DNA of 64,000 nt, from assembly GCA_013239625.1 (NCBI GenBank), contig MU055744.1:1332355-1396354 (forward strand), written 5' to 3'. The notes under the pieces were generated by a model. It saw nothing but the letters and a program-made list of their open reading frames with translations, was not told where the DNA came from and searched no databases. Every line of letters starts with the position of its first letter. The first letter of the stretch is position 1. A program made the translations under genes and the position numbers. Source of the stretch: Lama guanicoe. Taxonomy: Eukaryota. Positions 1-13,260 of the stretch are shown here, piece after piece.

Positions 1-94
1 GGGGGACAGTGGCCCAGGCTCTCATGGGACACTTGCTGGGAGCAAGGACCTGGGCTGAGACTTGGCTTGTGTGTGTTCTCCTTTGATCGTAACA

Positions 95-230
95 CTTACC
101 ATTACCCCCATCCCACAGCTGGGGAAGCTGGCTCAGAGAGGGAGGGTGCACTGCTCAGCGTCACACAGCGAGTCTGCAGCAGAGCTGGGGTTTGAACCCG
201 GATCTGTTATCTACAGAGGCCTGGCTCTTA
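95..230 (-). mobile_element. MIR SINE fragment
   Basis: cccatcccacagctggggaagctggctcagagagg...gtcacacagc...gagctggggtttgaaccc resembles the reverse MIR core. Confidence 0.7.
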
Positions 231-2089
231 GCTCCTCCCACGAGGCCTCCCCTAAGATGAGAGTGACAGAGGCAGTGGGGTCTCTGCTCTGGCTGCTCGC
301 CAGGGTGGGGGACGGTGGCGCCTGGGGGCAGCGGTCTGGGTCCTGGCAGGGCCCTCTGCAGACAGCGCAGTAACGAAATGTGTACCTGCCTTGCACCAGG
401 GGCTCCTTGGTCTGGGTGGAGGGCCCCCCAGGGAAGTGGCCCTGCCGTGGGGCTCCAGGACGGATTGAATAACGCAGGGCCGGCCGCCGCCAGACGGCAG
501 CTGGGCTGGGCCCGCCGCGTGCTGCGCTGGGGCTGGGTTTGAAGTGCGTGAAACTCAGACGGGAGGTTCGGCAGCTGCTGTCCAGAAGATAGTAAATCAG
601 CGCCGACAGGCGGGTCGAGCTCCCCCGGAGCCCCGGGTCCAGGCCCCGCAGCCCCCGCAGCACAGGGAGCATGAATCTGGGCGAGTCCTTCCGCCAGGAG
701 CCGGAGGCCTGGGACCTCCTCCCAAGGGGGCCCCTGCGCTCGGAGCTCCTCTCATTGGCTCCTTCGGTCTTTGATAAACCAAGCCTGCTGCCGCCACGCA
801 GGACCTTCCCCGTCCCCGTCCGACGGCTCCTGTGCTCACACCTCCACCCAGGGCCCCGGAGCGTCGGGTCTGCCCCTTCCCCACGTGTCTGTTTCCTATG
901 CGGCCACAGGCACAGTCGCACCAGCGGGCACTTTTCAGAGGCCACAGCTGTTAGCAGCTTCTCCAAGAAGTCCCGCGGGCAAGGACCAGAGACTGATTTG
1001 TTGAACCCAGGGCTACGTTCAGGCTTTGCCTTCTCCCTGGATCAGTGACGGATGGCAGCCCCCAGGCCAGCTCCGATCAGGTGCCCAGTAAATACCCGAT
1101 GGATGGGGGAAGGGAGGAAGGCAGGGTTTGGCGTGGGAACGGCGGCCCTCTCTGTTCTTCTGGGGTCTGTCTCAGCCGCCCACTCAGGGTGCCCTGTGTT
1201 TAGGCCTTTTTCCTCTAGCTGGGAACCCTCTGCCTCTGGCACTGGGACTGTCGCTGTCCTGCCCACGCACGGCCAGCAGTCACAGCAGCTGGATGCTAAA
1301 ACTGACCTCGGAGTGGGAGGCGTGATTTGGGTTGGGGAGGTGGAAGTGTGGCTCGAGCCTCTCACCCCGCCCCGGGAGGACGAGTGAGGAGTCTGGCCAG
1401 GGTGGATTTCTTGCTGCCCAGTGCGTGGGCTCTGCTGGCAATTTCTTCACAGCTTTTCCGCTTCCTGCTCGGGCATCCCCTTAATTCCCTAAGTGGGGAA
1501 AGCGGGAAGCTTGGCTTCCCAGAAGCCAGGCTCGAGGAAATGCGTCCTCATGAAGGTCTAATGGGACGAGAGGAACCCCTCCCACGCCCTGGGGACCTGG
1601 ATGACTGCCCTCTGGTGTCTGACCCACGGGCGTTTCTGTGCGGTTTCACCACACTTGATTCTCATCCCCTTCTCTTAAAGAGCAAGTTAACTGCACCAGG
1701 AGCGTCTGGATGTCCTGTTGAGCCAGGGAGAGGGGGTTGGGGGGGGAGCTGCATAGTGGGTCTGGGCGATCAGCTGGTGCCTGCGACAGAAGGAGGGAGC
1801 CAGAGTGACCACAGAGTCACACCTGGTCCAGCCCCTGCCGGGCTGGAAGTTACAGCTGGAATGTGGCCCCGGAAACTGCTCAAACGCCCTCTGTGCAAAT
1901 ATGCTCCCCCAGTGTTAAGTCAGGGTCGGTGTCGTCAAGTCACAGCTCAGGCTGACTTGGGTACCGCTGTGTGGTTTCTCATAAGCACGTCTTGAAGATG
2001 CTTCCTCGTGTCTTATTCAGGACGGCCGTTTGTTGTTGTCTGGGGGGAGTGAACAGCTTGAGAACATCTGACACCCGTGTATCTGTCCC

Positions 2090-2375
2090 CTCATCCATTC
2101 CCCAACTAGTTCACCCACCCACCCATCCTCCCACCCCTGCCCCCGACTGGCTCACTCACTCATCTCATTCATCTGTCCATCAGCCCACAAAGTCCACCCC
2201 TCCCACCCACCTGTCCTCCCAGACATCCATCCGTCCATCCAACCACCCATCCATCCGTCCACCCACTCATCCATCCCCCTGTCCATCTGTCCATCCATCC
2301 GTTCGTACATCCATCCATCCATCCATCCGTCTATCCATCCACCCACCCGTCTGTCTGCCATCTATCCATCCATGC
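2090..2375. repeat. Degenerate (CCAT)n / (CCAC)n simple repeat
   Basis: ccatccatccgtccatcc... tetramer array seen directly. Confidence 0.92.
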
Positions 2376-3857
2376 CTCTCTAATGTGGACTCTGCTAGGC
2401 AGAAGTGGACCCAGGCTGAGAGAGTGGCCGCATCTTCCCACATGAGGTAGCACGGGACCTGGGTGAATGGGGCAGGCGGGGGCTGAAGGCGGAGGAAGAG
2501 CAGGTACAGAGGCTTAGGTCGAGTGGGCCCGGGGCAGTGGGGACAGGACAGGGGAGCAGAGGGAGGCCAGATGGTTGGCACGGCCTCCTCACCCCCTGCA
2601 TTCCCGTCCCAGCAGCCAGGGTGCGAGGCTCCACGACATCCCTGACAGGCGGTCCCCCCGTCCACTCCTCCCCACTCCGGCTGTAGCCTGTCTTTGTTTG
2701 GTGATGGCAGAAATTAATTGGATTTGCAGCTTCGTTCTCAAGGGGATTTGTAGCCCCCAGTAGGGGTGTTGGAACAAAAGCAGGAAGGGTTTTGTGGGCA
2801 GCGGGGTAATTCTCCTGACTTTAACATTCCTGTTTCATCTCGGTCGGGTAGGACAGATGAAGGAGATGAAGAGAGGTGTAAACCAAGACACTGACAGAGA
2901 CACAGAGAAGGGAAATTATAGGGAAATCACACACACACAAGATCAATTTCTTTTTTTAAAAAGAGACAAAATGTTTTGAAACGACTACTCTGTCTTGTTT
3001 TAGCGAACCCTAACTTTCTATTTGTCTGGAAGGAAACAAGACCCTGAAATATTCTGGACACCGGGCTCTCAGGCCCTAATGAGGCACCAAAAGTTGATTT
3101 TCTTGGGTGATGGTAATTAGTCTGGAGGAGGAGGATGCACAGAAATAATAAGTAGCAGCTCCCACTTTGGGGCCTCGTTTTCAGCGAGTCTTCACATCAG
3201 CCCAGCGTAAGGGGTCACTTTGATCTCCTAGGACCTAGGAGTCAGGTCCGCCTGGGTGTGCCTCACTCCAAAACCTTTCCTCTCCTTCCCTCTGCCCTAG
3301 CTCACTTGCAGAGCAGGTGCGTTTCCTCTGAGTGCCTGGTCTGCTTGAGGGGGAGAGCCCTGTGTTAAGAACTGGGCTTCGAGTAGGCAGTTGATTAGTG
3401 ATGTCTGCTGGGGCACATCCAGAGCGAGAGGTGGTGTGCATGCCGTGGATTTGCTGACACCCTGAGCCGGAAAATGGAAGGTTTCGGATCGTAAAGCAGA
3501 ACACAGATGCTCCCTCATTATTAGAAATTCTAAATGGAGCTCTAAATGGAGACAGTTACTTTTGTCTTGAGTGCGTCCCAGCATGCTGACCCGTTTTCAA
3601 CATCTGACAAGACGTAGCCCTGCCCCACTCTGCCTCCTCAAGCCTGTGCCCCTAACCTTGGATTCCCCTGCTCTGGGAAGGGTCCGAGCCAGCCACAAGG
3701 ATGTTGAGGCCAAGTCTGGGCTCTCGGGGCCCTGGAGGCAAGAAGGACCTTAGAGACCTCCCCACGGACAACCTTACACAGAAGGACATTGCTACCCAGG
3801 TCTCTCAGGGAGCCCCTGGCAGAGCGGGGCAGGTAAACCCGCCCGAGGGACTTCAGA

Positions 3858-4045
3858 GCACAGGGCTTTACAGCAGGGGCCAGCACGTGAAGGAGTCACC
3901 CCAGCCTTATGAAAACCCCGATTCCTGGGCTCCACCCTTGGCAATCCTGAGCCCCCTGGGCCTGGGATGGGGCCTGAGAATTGGCATGTCTGTCCAGCCC
4001 CCAGGGGGTGCGATGCTGCCCGTCAGGCTGATGGGAGCACAGCTG
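3858..4045. mobile_element. MER5A-like hAT DNA transposon
   Basis: gattcctgggctccaccc...gggatggggcctgagaattggcatgtct...ccccagggggtgcgatgctg resembles MER5A. Confidence 0.6.
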
Positions 4046-4674
4046 GAAGAGGGAGGGTGCAGGACCTCGGCGATGCTGGCCGAGGAGGTCGGCTCGCCTC
4101 CAGGTCCCCCGCCCGGTGTTCAAGAGGCCAGCTCTACCCACCTATGAGCAGACGTGCTCTTACGGCCAGAGAGACCTGGGGTGCAGACAGCTGTCCCCCC
4201 ACGGGCAGGGCTGTGCATAAGAGCACTGGTGGCCCACCTGCTGTCTCCTGGAGGCAGGTTCCCGTGCTGCACCCCCAGGGTGCCTGGGGGAGCCCCACCC
4301 TGTCTCTGGAGTTCCTCGGATGTGTGCAGGCAGGATAGTCACACAGACGGAAGCGTCCTGCTGTCCCCAGCCCGGCCCCCTCATTTGTCAGCAGAGATGT
4401 GGGGGCCTGGAGAGAGGGACGGACAGTGCATTGTCCAGGGCTGAGCTGGGCATGGTGTCCTCACTCTCCGCACCTCCGCCGGGGGTCCTGTGACACAGAG
4501 CCCTGTGATGTGGCTCCGGTCTCCTTCCACGGGAGAGCAGACAGAAGCCCGCCCGCGCCTCCGGGCAGGGCCCAGCAGGGCGCCCGCTCCAGGGGCCCGC
4601 CCGTGGTGGACGGCAGGCCAGGGGCGGCGATGCCACCGAGACCCGCTCACACCCTCTCGTCTCCTCTCCCGCAG

Positions 4675-4743
4675 GCCCTTTCCCTCGGAGGAGACCGCGG
4701 AGAACGATGATGACGTCTACCGCAGCCTGGAGGAGCTGGCAGA
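4675..4743 (+). CDS. VAV2: VAV2 exon 4 (69 nt), acidic region with first regulatory Tyr
   Basis: cgcag|G CCC TTT...GCA GA|gtaagg; [22 protein letters not shown]. Confidence 0.97.
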
Positions 4744-6699
4744 GTAAGGAGCAGCGGGAGGGGGGGCCGGGGCCGAGGGGCCGCACACAGCGGCCCCCGC
4801 GCGGGGAGCCGGCCGTGGCTGTCCTGCCCGGCATCCCCTGGGGGGTGCTGGCGGTGCGGCTCCCGCGGGCCCTAGTGGGGTCTCGTGGGTGAGTTCTTCA
4901 GCTGCATTCTAGGAGGCTCCCAGCTTGTCTGGGGTGATCTGGCAGTGGCCTGACTGCCCCGGGTCAGATGTGAGGAGGGCTGGGAAGTGGGGCTGGCTCG
5001 GCCCTCGGAGTCTGTGTCTCAGAGCGGGGGCTGGCATTCCCAAAAGCAGGAGCCCCTGGAGCACAGGCCACAGAAAGGTGGCTGGCGGTTCAGGGTTGCC
5101 TCGTGGCCCGACGTGGGGCCAGACAGGGGCCAGGCCAGCCGAAGCCACTGGGCGTCTCCCCTTCTCCCGGTGGCCCCATCTTTGCCTGCTTTGTGTCTGC
5201 TCCATTCCTCTCTCTGAGGATTTCCGTGTTCTGTGCCATGAACACCCCTCCCCAGCTGTCTCACCTTCGGGTCCTGGAGCCCCCAGGGACTGGCAGGAAC
5301 CCCTGGCTCTTCCAGAAGAGATCTCTGGGCTCTGCGTGGTCAGCTGTGGCCGGGGTGGGGCCCTGTGGCCTGCAGCTCCGAGAAGGGGCAGTGGGAGGGA
5401 GGTGGGGGGGCTGCCCCATCCTGCAGGAGGGGGACGGAGAGGCCTGGGAGGTGACGGGCTTGCCCAGGTCATGAGGTGGTCCCTGGTGGCTCCTGACCTG
5501 GCTGGTGCACTGCCCTTCAGGCCTGGCCAAGGACCCTCCTCCCGAGCTTCCTGCCAATGGGGCCTTGCTCCTGTTTCTTTGTTCCCGGACAAACGGCTGC
5601 TCCTTCTGGGAACACTCGCCGTCTGTCTGCCTCCCTCTCACGGCACGGACTGAGACTGGGGATCAGGATCGGAGGAGGAGCCGCGCTTACTGTGCCCCTG
5701 CAGTGCGAGGCCTCCAGCTCGATGCCCGCCAGCTTGTCGGGGGCCACCTCCAGGGTAGGGGACCCAGGCAGACATTCTTTGCAGGGTCCCCATCCATTTA
5801 AATAATTTGAGTCGTTGAAGCATCAGCACGTGGACATCAAGCTGGCGGCCCAGTCTCACGTGATTCTGTGAACGAAACGCCTCACCGGCCAATGGGCAGA
5901 GCTGCCACCGGCTGGCTTCCAGGCACTGGGCTGGCGCCAGGGCCCCGGGGTGGCCCCGGGGTGCAGCGTGGCACTCCCTGGGACAGCTGGTCGACCCCAC
6001 CGTGGGTCGGAGGGTGGAGAGCTCTCCATGGGGAGAAGTGGGGCCTGCACCCGTCACAGCCAGGGCCCGGAACTCCCCACCTGGACGCTGGCGCCCACCC
6101 AGATCGGTCCCCGCAGTCAAGAGGGGGACTGAGAACAAGTCGGGAAAAATGCCCTCCGACCCACAGGGCGGGGCTGGGTGACGGCTGCGCACCCACCCTG
6201 CAGGGAGGGAGGGGACCCAGGCCCAGAGAGGCGCAGCTGGAGGAGGGCCCGGGTCCCAGCCCACCTGCCGCCCCCTTGCGTGCTGAGCTCAGGGCTGGAG
6301 CTGCCTCCCACCCTCCCTTCCTGGCGTTTTCCACCTTGCCAGCCCTTGTCTGCCAACTCCAGGCCTAAGTGTCCCCTGCTTCGGGAAGACCCTGTACTCC
6401 ACTGGTCTGGCCAGCATCCCACCCCCCATGTACCGCCGAGCCGCCACACACCTGTTTGGCCTTGGGTTGTTGATGGGATGCACTGGGATCGGGTGGGGAA
6501 GGTCTGTCTGCCGTAGGCTGGCCTGCATCTCCATGTCACCCCCTGCCCCGGCCATCTTCGGCCCCTAGCAGTACTCACCTTGTGCACACGGCCTAACAGC
6601 GCCCCCCAGGTGATGATGGCAGTGATGTGGGCGGTGCTTACAGAGCGTTCATGGGGCTGGGCCCTGCTGGGACTTCTGTTTACAGCCCCACCCACCCCC

Positions 6700-6800
6700 G
6701 CCATCTCCTTGTGCCCCCACTTTACAGATAAGGAAACTGAGGCCTCCAGAGGGGAGCTGCTGGCCCACGTCACCCAGCTAGCGAGTGGCAGACTCTGTGC
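6700..6800 (-). mobile_element. MIR SINE fragment
   Basis: cccactttacagataaggaaactgaggc...gtcacccagctagcgagtggcaga, MIR core. Confidence 0.8.
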
Positions 6801-8529
6801 CCTCACCCCCCCACCAGGCAGTCAGTGCCCCCCGGAGTCGGGAACCCCCTGCCCAGTGCTGGATGTGAGGCCCTGATCTGCCATTTCTCCTAAGTCACCG
6901 AGCTGAGGGTGGGGGGGTCTGTGCCCTCCGGAAACACGCCTCAGTGGTCAGCAGAAGCTGAGGGCTCCAGGAGGACCGGGACCACACCGGCTTTGTGCGC
7001 CCGGACCTGGCGTGAAACGCCCTGGCCCCACTTTGCTGCCATCCCCGGGCCGCTGCCTGTCCCCAGTGGCGTGCGCTGCACATTCAGTTTTGAAGAATCC
7101 TGGGCAGTTACTGACGCGGCGGCCCCAGGGGGCCCGTTTCCCCCTTCTCTGCCTGTCTCGGTCGTGACCGACCTCTCAAACCAAAACGTACATTCCTCTC
7201 GCACGGAGAAGCCAGCCGGGCGATGTGTGGCTTTGCCCAGTTCAGTAATGTTATTCCGTGACCTTAAGAGTGAGCCTCCTTAATCCAGTGAGTTCCTCAC
7301 GACTGCAGCTTTGCAAACCTAAATAGATTATAGGGAAGGGGAATGAATTTGAGCCTTTAACTTGTGGTTTGGTCCCAGAGGCTCCATTTTAATAAATTTT
7401 TCATGCTCCCCCCTTCTCCTTTCACTGAAAATCAGGATTTCCCAGCATCCTGTCTCTGCGGACTTGAGATTAATATTTATCCATTATGGCAATTTACAAG
7501 ACGGAAGCAGAAATGTCACTTCTTGCCCGGCCTCTGCGGGTGAGGGAACGCGGCGGTGGCTCCTAAAGGCTGGAGCCGGGGCAGCGGCCTGGGGCTGAGG
7601 CCAGGCAGCAGCGGGGAGCGCGGGAGCGACGTTTCCGGCAGAAGTGGCTAATTCTTCCCTTGGGCTTCGGCCGGGCGTCAGGAATGATGATCACCTTGTG
7701 TTTCTAGGGGCGTCTCCCAGACCTCCGGCGTCCTGCAGCTGCTTGGGGGAAGGTCACACACTCGTTCCACACGTGGCTCACCCACCTCGTGGGAGCCTGG
7801 GGGCATCTGGGTCGCCAGTGAGGAACCGCCAGGTGCGCAGGCCTGAAGAACGCTTCCGTTCAGCCAGCCAGCCAGTCAGTCGTTGCGTGTGTTCAGCCGC
7901 CAACTGGTTACTCCGCACTTTCCGTGTCAGCTCGAGACCAGGAGCTGGAACTGTCAAGGGGAAGGAGGCGCGCCCCTGCCTCCCGGGACCCGGGGTTCTG
8001 CGCAGCGGGAGGCGGGGGTGGCCAGAGGGGCGAGCGCGGGCATCCCCGGAGGAGAGGCGTGCGTCTCCCACACGGGCCCCTCTCAGGATACTCCCTGGAG
8101 GGGCTGCTCCTACCGGGGAGTCTCCAGCCCTCACCGCCCCAGTGTCACCCCGGAGGGCTACTGAGGGCCCTGCAGCCGCAGCCCACACAGGTGCTGCCCC
8201 ACGCTGAGGGCCCACCCCTAAAGCCGGCGCACCGACCAGGCTGCGCGCGAGAGTCTGCCTTGTTCCCCAAGCAGCTGCGGGCGTCTCTGGGCAGACCTGG
8301 AGCCCGGGCTCTGGCATGTCCCACCGTGTGGCCTCCAGCAGGTCACCCAGGCTCCGCACCCTGGTTTCCCTGTGTGTAACACCCATGTCGGTGTCTGCTG
8401 GAGGGTTCGCGGTGGCACTGGCATAGCACGGTGCCCAGCGGGCACACCGTGAGCTCCCAGGCAGGGACGGGGGTCCCGGCCTCCCATTCTACCAGGAATG
8501 TGGCCTCTGCAGTTCCCAAGTGGCTACAG

Positions 8530-8700
8530 CAGTGCTGTCCAATACGGGCCGCCTGGGTGGTTGTAAGTTCTCTTGTAGCCACATTTAAGAGAGAAAGAAA
8601 CCGGAGAAGTGAATTTTACGAATGTATTTTCACTTAACGCGTTGTATCCAAAGCAGTGTCTAGCCTGGCGCATGTTTCAGCACAGCGTCGGGACTGGAGC
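8530..8700. mobile_element. MER33-like hAT DNA transposon (internally deleted)
   Basis: Starts cagtgctgtccaata, then tagccacatttaagagagaaagaaaccggagaagtgaatttt...cacttaac. Confidence 0.65.
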
Positions 8701-9169
8701 CGCTGAGCGTCCCTTTTGCAGCGTGTAGGCGCCGCCCGTCCTCTGGCCCCTGCGGGCAGCCCAGGTCTTGATCCAGACAGCACTCCGGGAGCAGGGCAGA
8801 GCCCCGGGCTTGAGTGGCTGATCCTGGACTGAGATTCTGCCCTCAGGTGCTCTAAGCTCCCTTGTGAGATCACTGAATAATGTATAATCAGATAATAGAG
8901 CAGCTGCTCGAAAAAATTAACACAAAATGTTGCCACTTAAAAAACGCGTTATCAGGCAAACTGAGCCCAAAGTGCGAGGCCTGGTTTTGAACTGCCGGTG
9001 AGACAACGGCCTGCCCCTCCCTGTGGCCCCCTGCTGCATTCCGGGTGCTCCCGGGAGCCTGGAGCTGCTCCTTGGTTCTCAGACCTGCCCAACTCCTGGG
9101 CGGGCCTGGGGTTAGGTGCCTGCACTGGGGGTGCCCCCCACCCAGGACTGGGAGCCAGACTTGCACACA

Positions 9170-9350
9170 GAAGACCAACGTGCATGAGACAGTTCACCGT
9201 GGGAGCCCAGAGTGGGGCCGGGTGATGGCCAGCTCAGAAATCAGGGAAGACTTCTCGGAAGAAGTGACATCCGGGTCTTGGAGCCCACGAGCTGGTGTCC
9301 CAGCAGGGGGAGCAGCCTTGCAAAGGCCTGGCAGGGCGCGATGCCCGCGA
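9170..9350 (-). mobile_element. L2 LINE fragment
   Basis: tcagggaagacttctcggaagaagtgacat...gagcagccttgcaaaggcctgg, typical reverse L2. Confidence 0.6.
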
Positions 9351-11744
9351 GAGGGGCTGTAGGGAGTGGTGGGGGGGGCCAACCTGCCCCAGACCCCGAG
9401 CTCCCGCCTCAGACGAGGCCTCCTGCACCCTGTGGAGGTGTGGCAGGTTTGAGACACCATGTGATGTTTGCAAGAAACCAGAGTCATTCAGGCTCTGTGG
9501 CAGTCATGGGGAGGACCACATCTCGGAAGGCCCGCAGGGACCCCCAGCCGGGCTGGGCCTCAGGGTGGGGCGCCTGGCGTCGAGAGAGGGTTTGCCGTCT
9601 CTGCTGCTTCAAGAGGGAGCGTTGCGCAGGCCAAGCGGCCACAGAGGCGCGTGCATCCCGGCCCCGCACGGCTCGCACGGCGGTGCTCAGCCCTGCTCCG
9701 GGGGAAGGCGTCCACCCCGGCGGTCCGTGGACCCCTTCCAGCTGGACGGAGCCACGGTCTGCGGTCGAGGAGCCTGCTCCTGGCCACCGGTCTCTCTGTC
9801 CTTGAAACTGAAGTGCTTCTCAGGCTTAAACACATGTGGTCGCGACACAGCAGGGAATGTGATTTATCCGGGAACGTATAGCCGTGTGCTTTACTGCATC
9901 GTAAAATGACCTTCGCAGCTTTAAATGTGTCACGTTAGCATCGTCTGGGTAATTTTTTTAAGCTGCACAAAATGTGGAAATTTCCCGAGTCGCGAGGCTG
10001 CCTTCAGGGGCATTTGGGCGTCTTCTTGGAGCTGGTCTTCTGTGTCCCTGGGGCGTGAGGTGGGGGTGCACAGGTTTGGGGGGCAGCCGCTTGCTGGGAG
10101 GGCACCGGCCCCTTACTGCAGGGCGCGAGGAACAGTCCCTCTGCCTGACTGTGACCCTCACGCGAGGGAGAGACTCACCCCCACCCCAGCGACCGTGCCT
10201 GCCCGCCGCTCCCAGCTGCAAAGAAAGCTCTTAAAAGCTCTCCCACGTTCCCTTGCGTTCACGCTGCCTTGCGTGGAAGTTAACTGTCACTCAGGGAGAC
10301 CCGCACATGTGGGGAAAACCTGCCCCCTTCCCCACCGGGCAAGCCACTGCCTTACTCGGGGCCGGGGTCCTAGGAGAGTCTGGGTCTCAGCTGTGTCTGT
10401 TTCTCAGGAACCGAGGGCGGCAGTCCTGGCCCCAGAGTCACCCTGTACGTGCAGCCCAGTGGTGGAGCAGGTGGCCCTGGACCCCTGGCCTGGCTCTCCC
10501 GCCCCTGTGGTCTCTGCCCGGAGCTGGCTGCAGGGTGGCTGGGCTGAAGGCAGCCCACCCACACAGGCTGCCCGGTAAACAGGCTCAGAGCACCTCTCTC
10601 TCCTGGTTCTAGAAGCAGCTGGCTGCAGCCCATGGAACCGACAGCCCCCGGCTCCGCTCCCTGCGGCTCTGAGGCTCCCTGCCCTGCCCTCCTGGGACAC
10701 CTTGGCCCCTTGTTCCTTGCACCTGAGCTGTCCCAAAAGGCCCTGGCTACTATGGGGGCCCAGGGCTTCAATGACCTTGAAACCCTGACCCCTCGCCCTG
10801 TGGGCAAGAAGTCTGTTCGTTCCCTGTGCTAGAACGAGCACAGGGGCCCTTCGGAATGAACGCAGAGCAGGGGCCCCGCTGCCACTCTGTCCCGCTGAAT
10901 ATCCACATGGTGCAGGTCAGCAGATCCGGCACAGACTTACACGAGTTTTTATTTTTAATGCCTAGTTAAACTCAGGTCCTTTCAGGGCCAAGGCTGTCAC
11001 AGCGATGCTGTGGTCTGATTTAGCACAGTCTCTGCAGGGTAGGGGGACCCATGTGGAGGGATGTGCACATTCATTTGCTGTTTCCAAGCAGAGGGCAGGG
11101 CCAGCTAGGCTGTGGGCAGGAGGACGGGTTTACTCCGTCCAGTAAGGGCCTCTCCAGGTCATTCTCCTGGTTCTGCCTTCCGGGACCCGTGACGATGAAG
11201 ACTCAGCCCTCTTTACGGTACGTCCCATGTGTTCAACACCGATTTGACACACAGTGGCGCTTGAGAAATATTGCTTAAAAAGAAGAGAATAAACATAACG
11301 TGCCAGATTTTACTGTAAAAAATCCCGTCATGTACAAAATATCTGCTGTAGTGGTTGCCGAACTCTTATTCATACTACAAAACCCACCCAGAGGTTACCT
11401 CCTCCAAGGAGGCATCACCAACCCCACCAGGTTGAATGAGGTGGCCCTTCCCCAGGAAATTAAAAAGTCCACCAGGGTTATCTGTCACTGTGTTGTCACT
11501 GTCTTCCTGCCCCAGAGATGAGCTCCCCATGAGGGTCACCCGAAGGAGACAGAGCACAGGAAAAGCAGATAACTTGAGCTTGGCCCTCCACATTGTGACA
11601 CAGAGGATGTGCCCAGGGGAGCAAAGTCCTGAACATTCTCTCCTCCTATACTGAGGATCCAAGCAGTGGCTCCAGGTACAGCTCAGTAGGTCCCCCTTGG
11701 TGCCAGACCCTGGGCCTGAGTTTGACCCCATCACCTCAGCCTTC

Positions 11745-11880
11745 ACAACGACACTGCCAGCTGAGTGGTCCTACCCCCATTTTGTAGTTGAGGCAGTTAA
11801 GCTCAGAGAGGGTGTGTGATTTGCCTGAGGTCACACAGCACACTTGACCTGACACAGGAAGGATGGAAACCCAGAGCCAT
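11745..11880 (-). mobile_element. MIR SINE fragment
   Basis: cccccattttgtagttgagg...gctcagagagggtgtgtgatttgcctgaggtcacacagc. Confidence 0.75.
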
Positions 11881-13129
11881 CCTCATCCTTGTGACCAGGT
11901 CTGGAGGGTGGGAGATCCCTCTACTGCTGAGCAAGAATCCCTGGAAGAGAGGGTGTCCTGGCAGGAAACACAGGAGGCACCGCCGGGCGAGCCGAGCCCC
12001 CGTTGGGAATCTGGAGGCCACAGCTTGTCTAGCTGTGCTCCCGAATGCGACCTTGGGGGGCCACCTTGCCCTCTCTGGCCCCTGCTTTCCCCACCTGTGG
12101 GGAGAGAAACCCCTTCCTCGTGTGCTGGGGCGAGGGTCTGCCAAGGGCACGTGAGGCCGCCCTCCTTTGTGTAAGCGGTGCCTTGCCTGTCCGTCTGTCC
12201 CCACGTGCAGACCACACAGCGCACAGCCGGCTCCTCCAGGCCCACCCTCTCTGCCGCCCCCACTGACTGGTGTGGACGGAGGTCAGGAGACGTCTGATTT
12301 GGTTTCCTAGCAACCAGTCACCGGAGGCTAGGTGCCTGCTCCCCAGCGTCGGACGCCCGGGGCCAGGATGCACGTCGCGCCTGTGGGTGGCGATGTCTCA
12401 TGTCCACCGTAAACACAGGCTTGCCAGAGGCAGAAGTGGAGAGATTGTTTGCTTTTGTCTGATGTTCCTAAGGCGGCGGAGCGGGGACTCAGGGGCTCTC
12501 TGAGCAGCTGACTTTCTGTAACAAAATCGGGGCAGGCAGGCGAGGCTTCGGGGCGGCCGGGGGCCGTGGGGTGACTGCGGGAGGTGAGGGAGGCGGGTCC
12601 TGCCCTCTCGGGAGGGCAGCAGGCCGCGCTCGGGCCCCCCTCGAGGCTCCCCGGCCACCATGAGGACCAAGATGATGGTCAGGATGTAGCGTTTGTCGGC
12701 GCAGCTGCCTTTTGGAAAGCAGCAGGAGTGAAAGGACGAGGTGCATAGGTGGCCAGAAGGGAGGTTGCCCCCCGGGAACGTGGCCTTGGGGCTGGAGAGG
12801 CCGCGGCGTCCCGCTGAAGGGGGCACTGAGGGCTCGCTGTGGCATGGGCTCACGTGGGTGTGGGTGGTCGCGTCCCTGCCACAGTCCAGGACTGCTTCGT
12901 TCACAGCGTCTTCCACTCTCTCCTGGACAGCTGGGCAGAGGGGGGCCACCTTGCCCTCTCTGACACCCTCGGAAGACAAATCAGTGCCGACGCCCGGCTG
13001 CACCTGTCTCATCTGCTGTGTTTCAGAGCGTCTGGCCGTGCGGGGCTGACGGCCTCCGTGTACTGCGCGTGGTCCTGGGCTCAGTGTCCTCCCACTGCAC
13101 CCCCTCCCACCGTCTAGGGGGGCGCGCCG

Positions 13130-13260
13130 GTCACTTACTGAGCACCTGCTGCATGCTAGGCCTGCGCGGGTCGCCACGTTTTGGCTCATCCTTCCGACGA
13201 CCCTCCCAGGAGGTTGGACTTCCTTGCGGTTTGCAGATGGGGAAACTGAGGCTTAGGTCC
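13130..13260 (-). mobile_element. MIR SINE fragment
   Basis: cacttactgagcacctgc...tttgcagatggggaaactgaggcttag. Confidence 0.75.

Noticed and set aside
1971-2450. ORFs with HPSI/MDGW repeats
   Set aside because: Translations of the (CCAT)n microsatellite.
1-4674. VAV2 exon 3 or promoter within the window start
   Set aside because: No sequence encoding the CH-domain end (VISAVSRLS...) was found; the region is intron 3.
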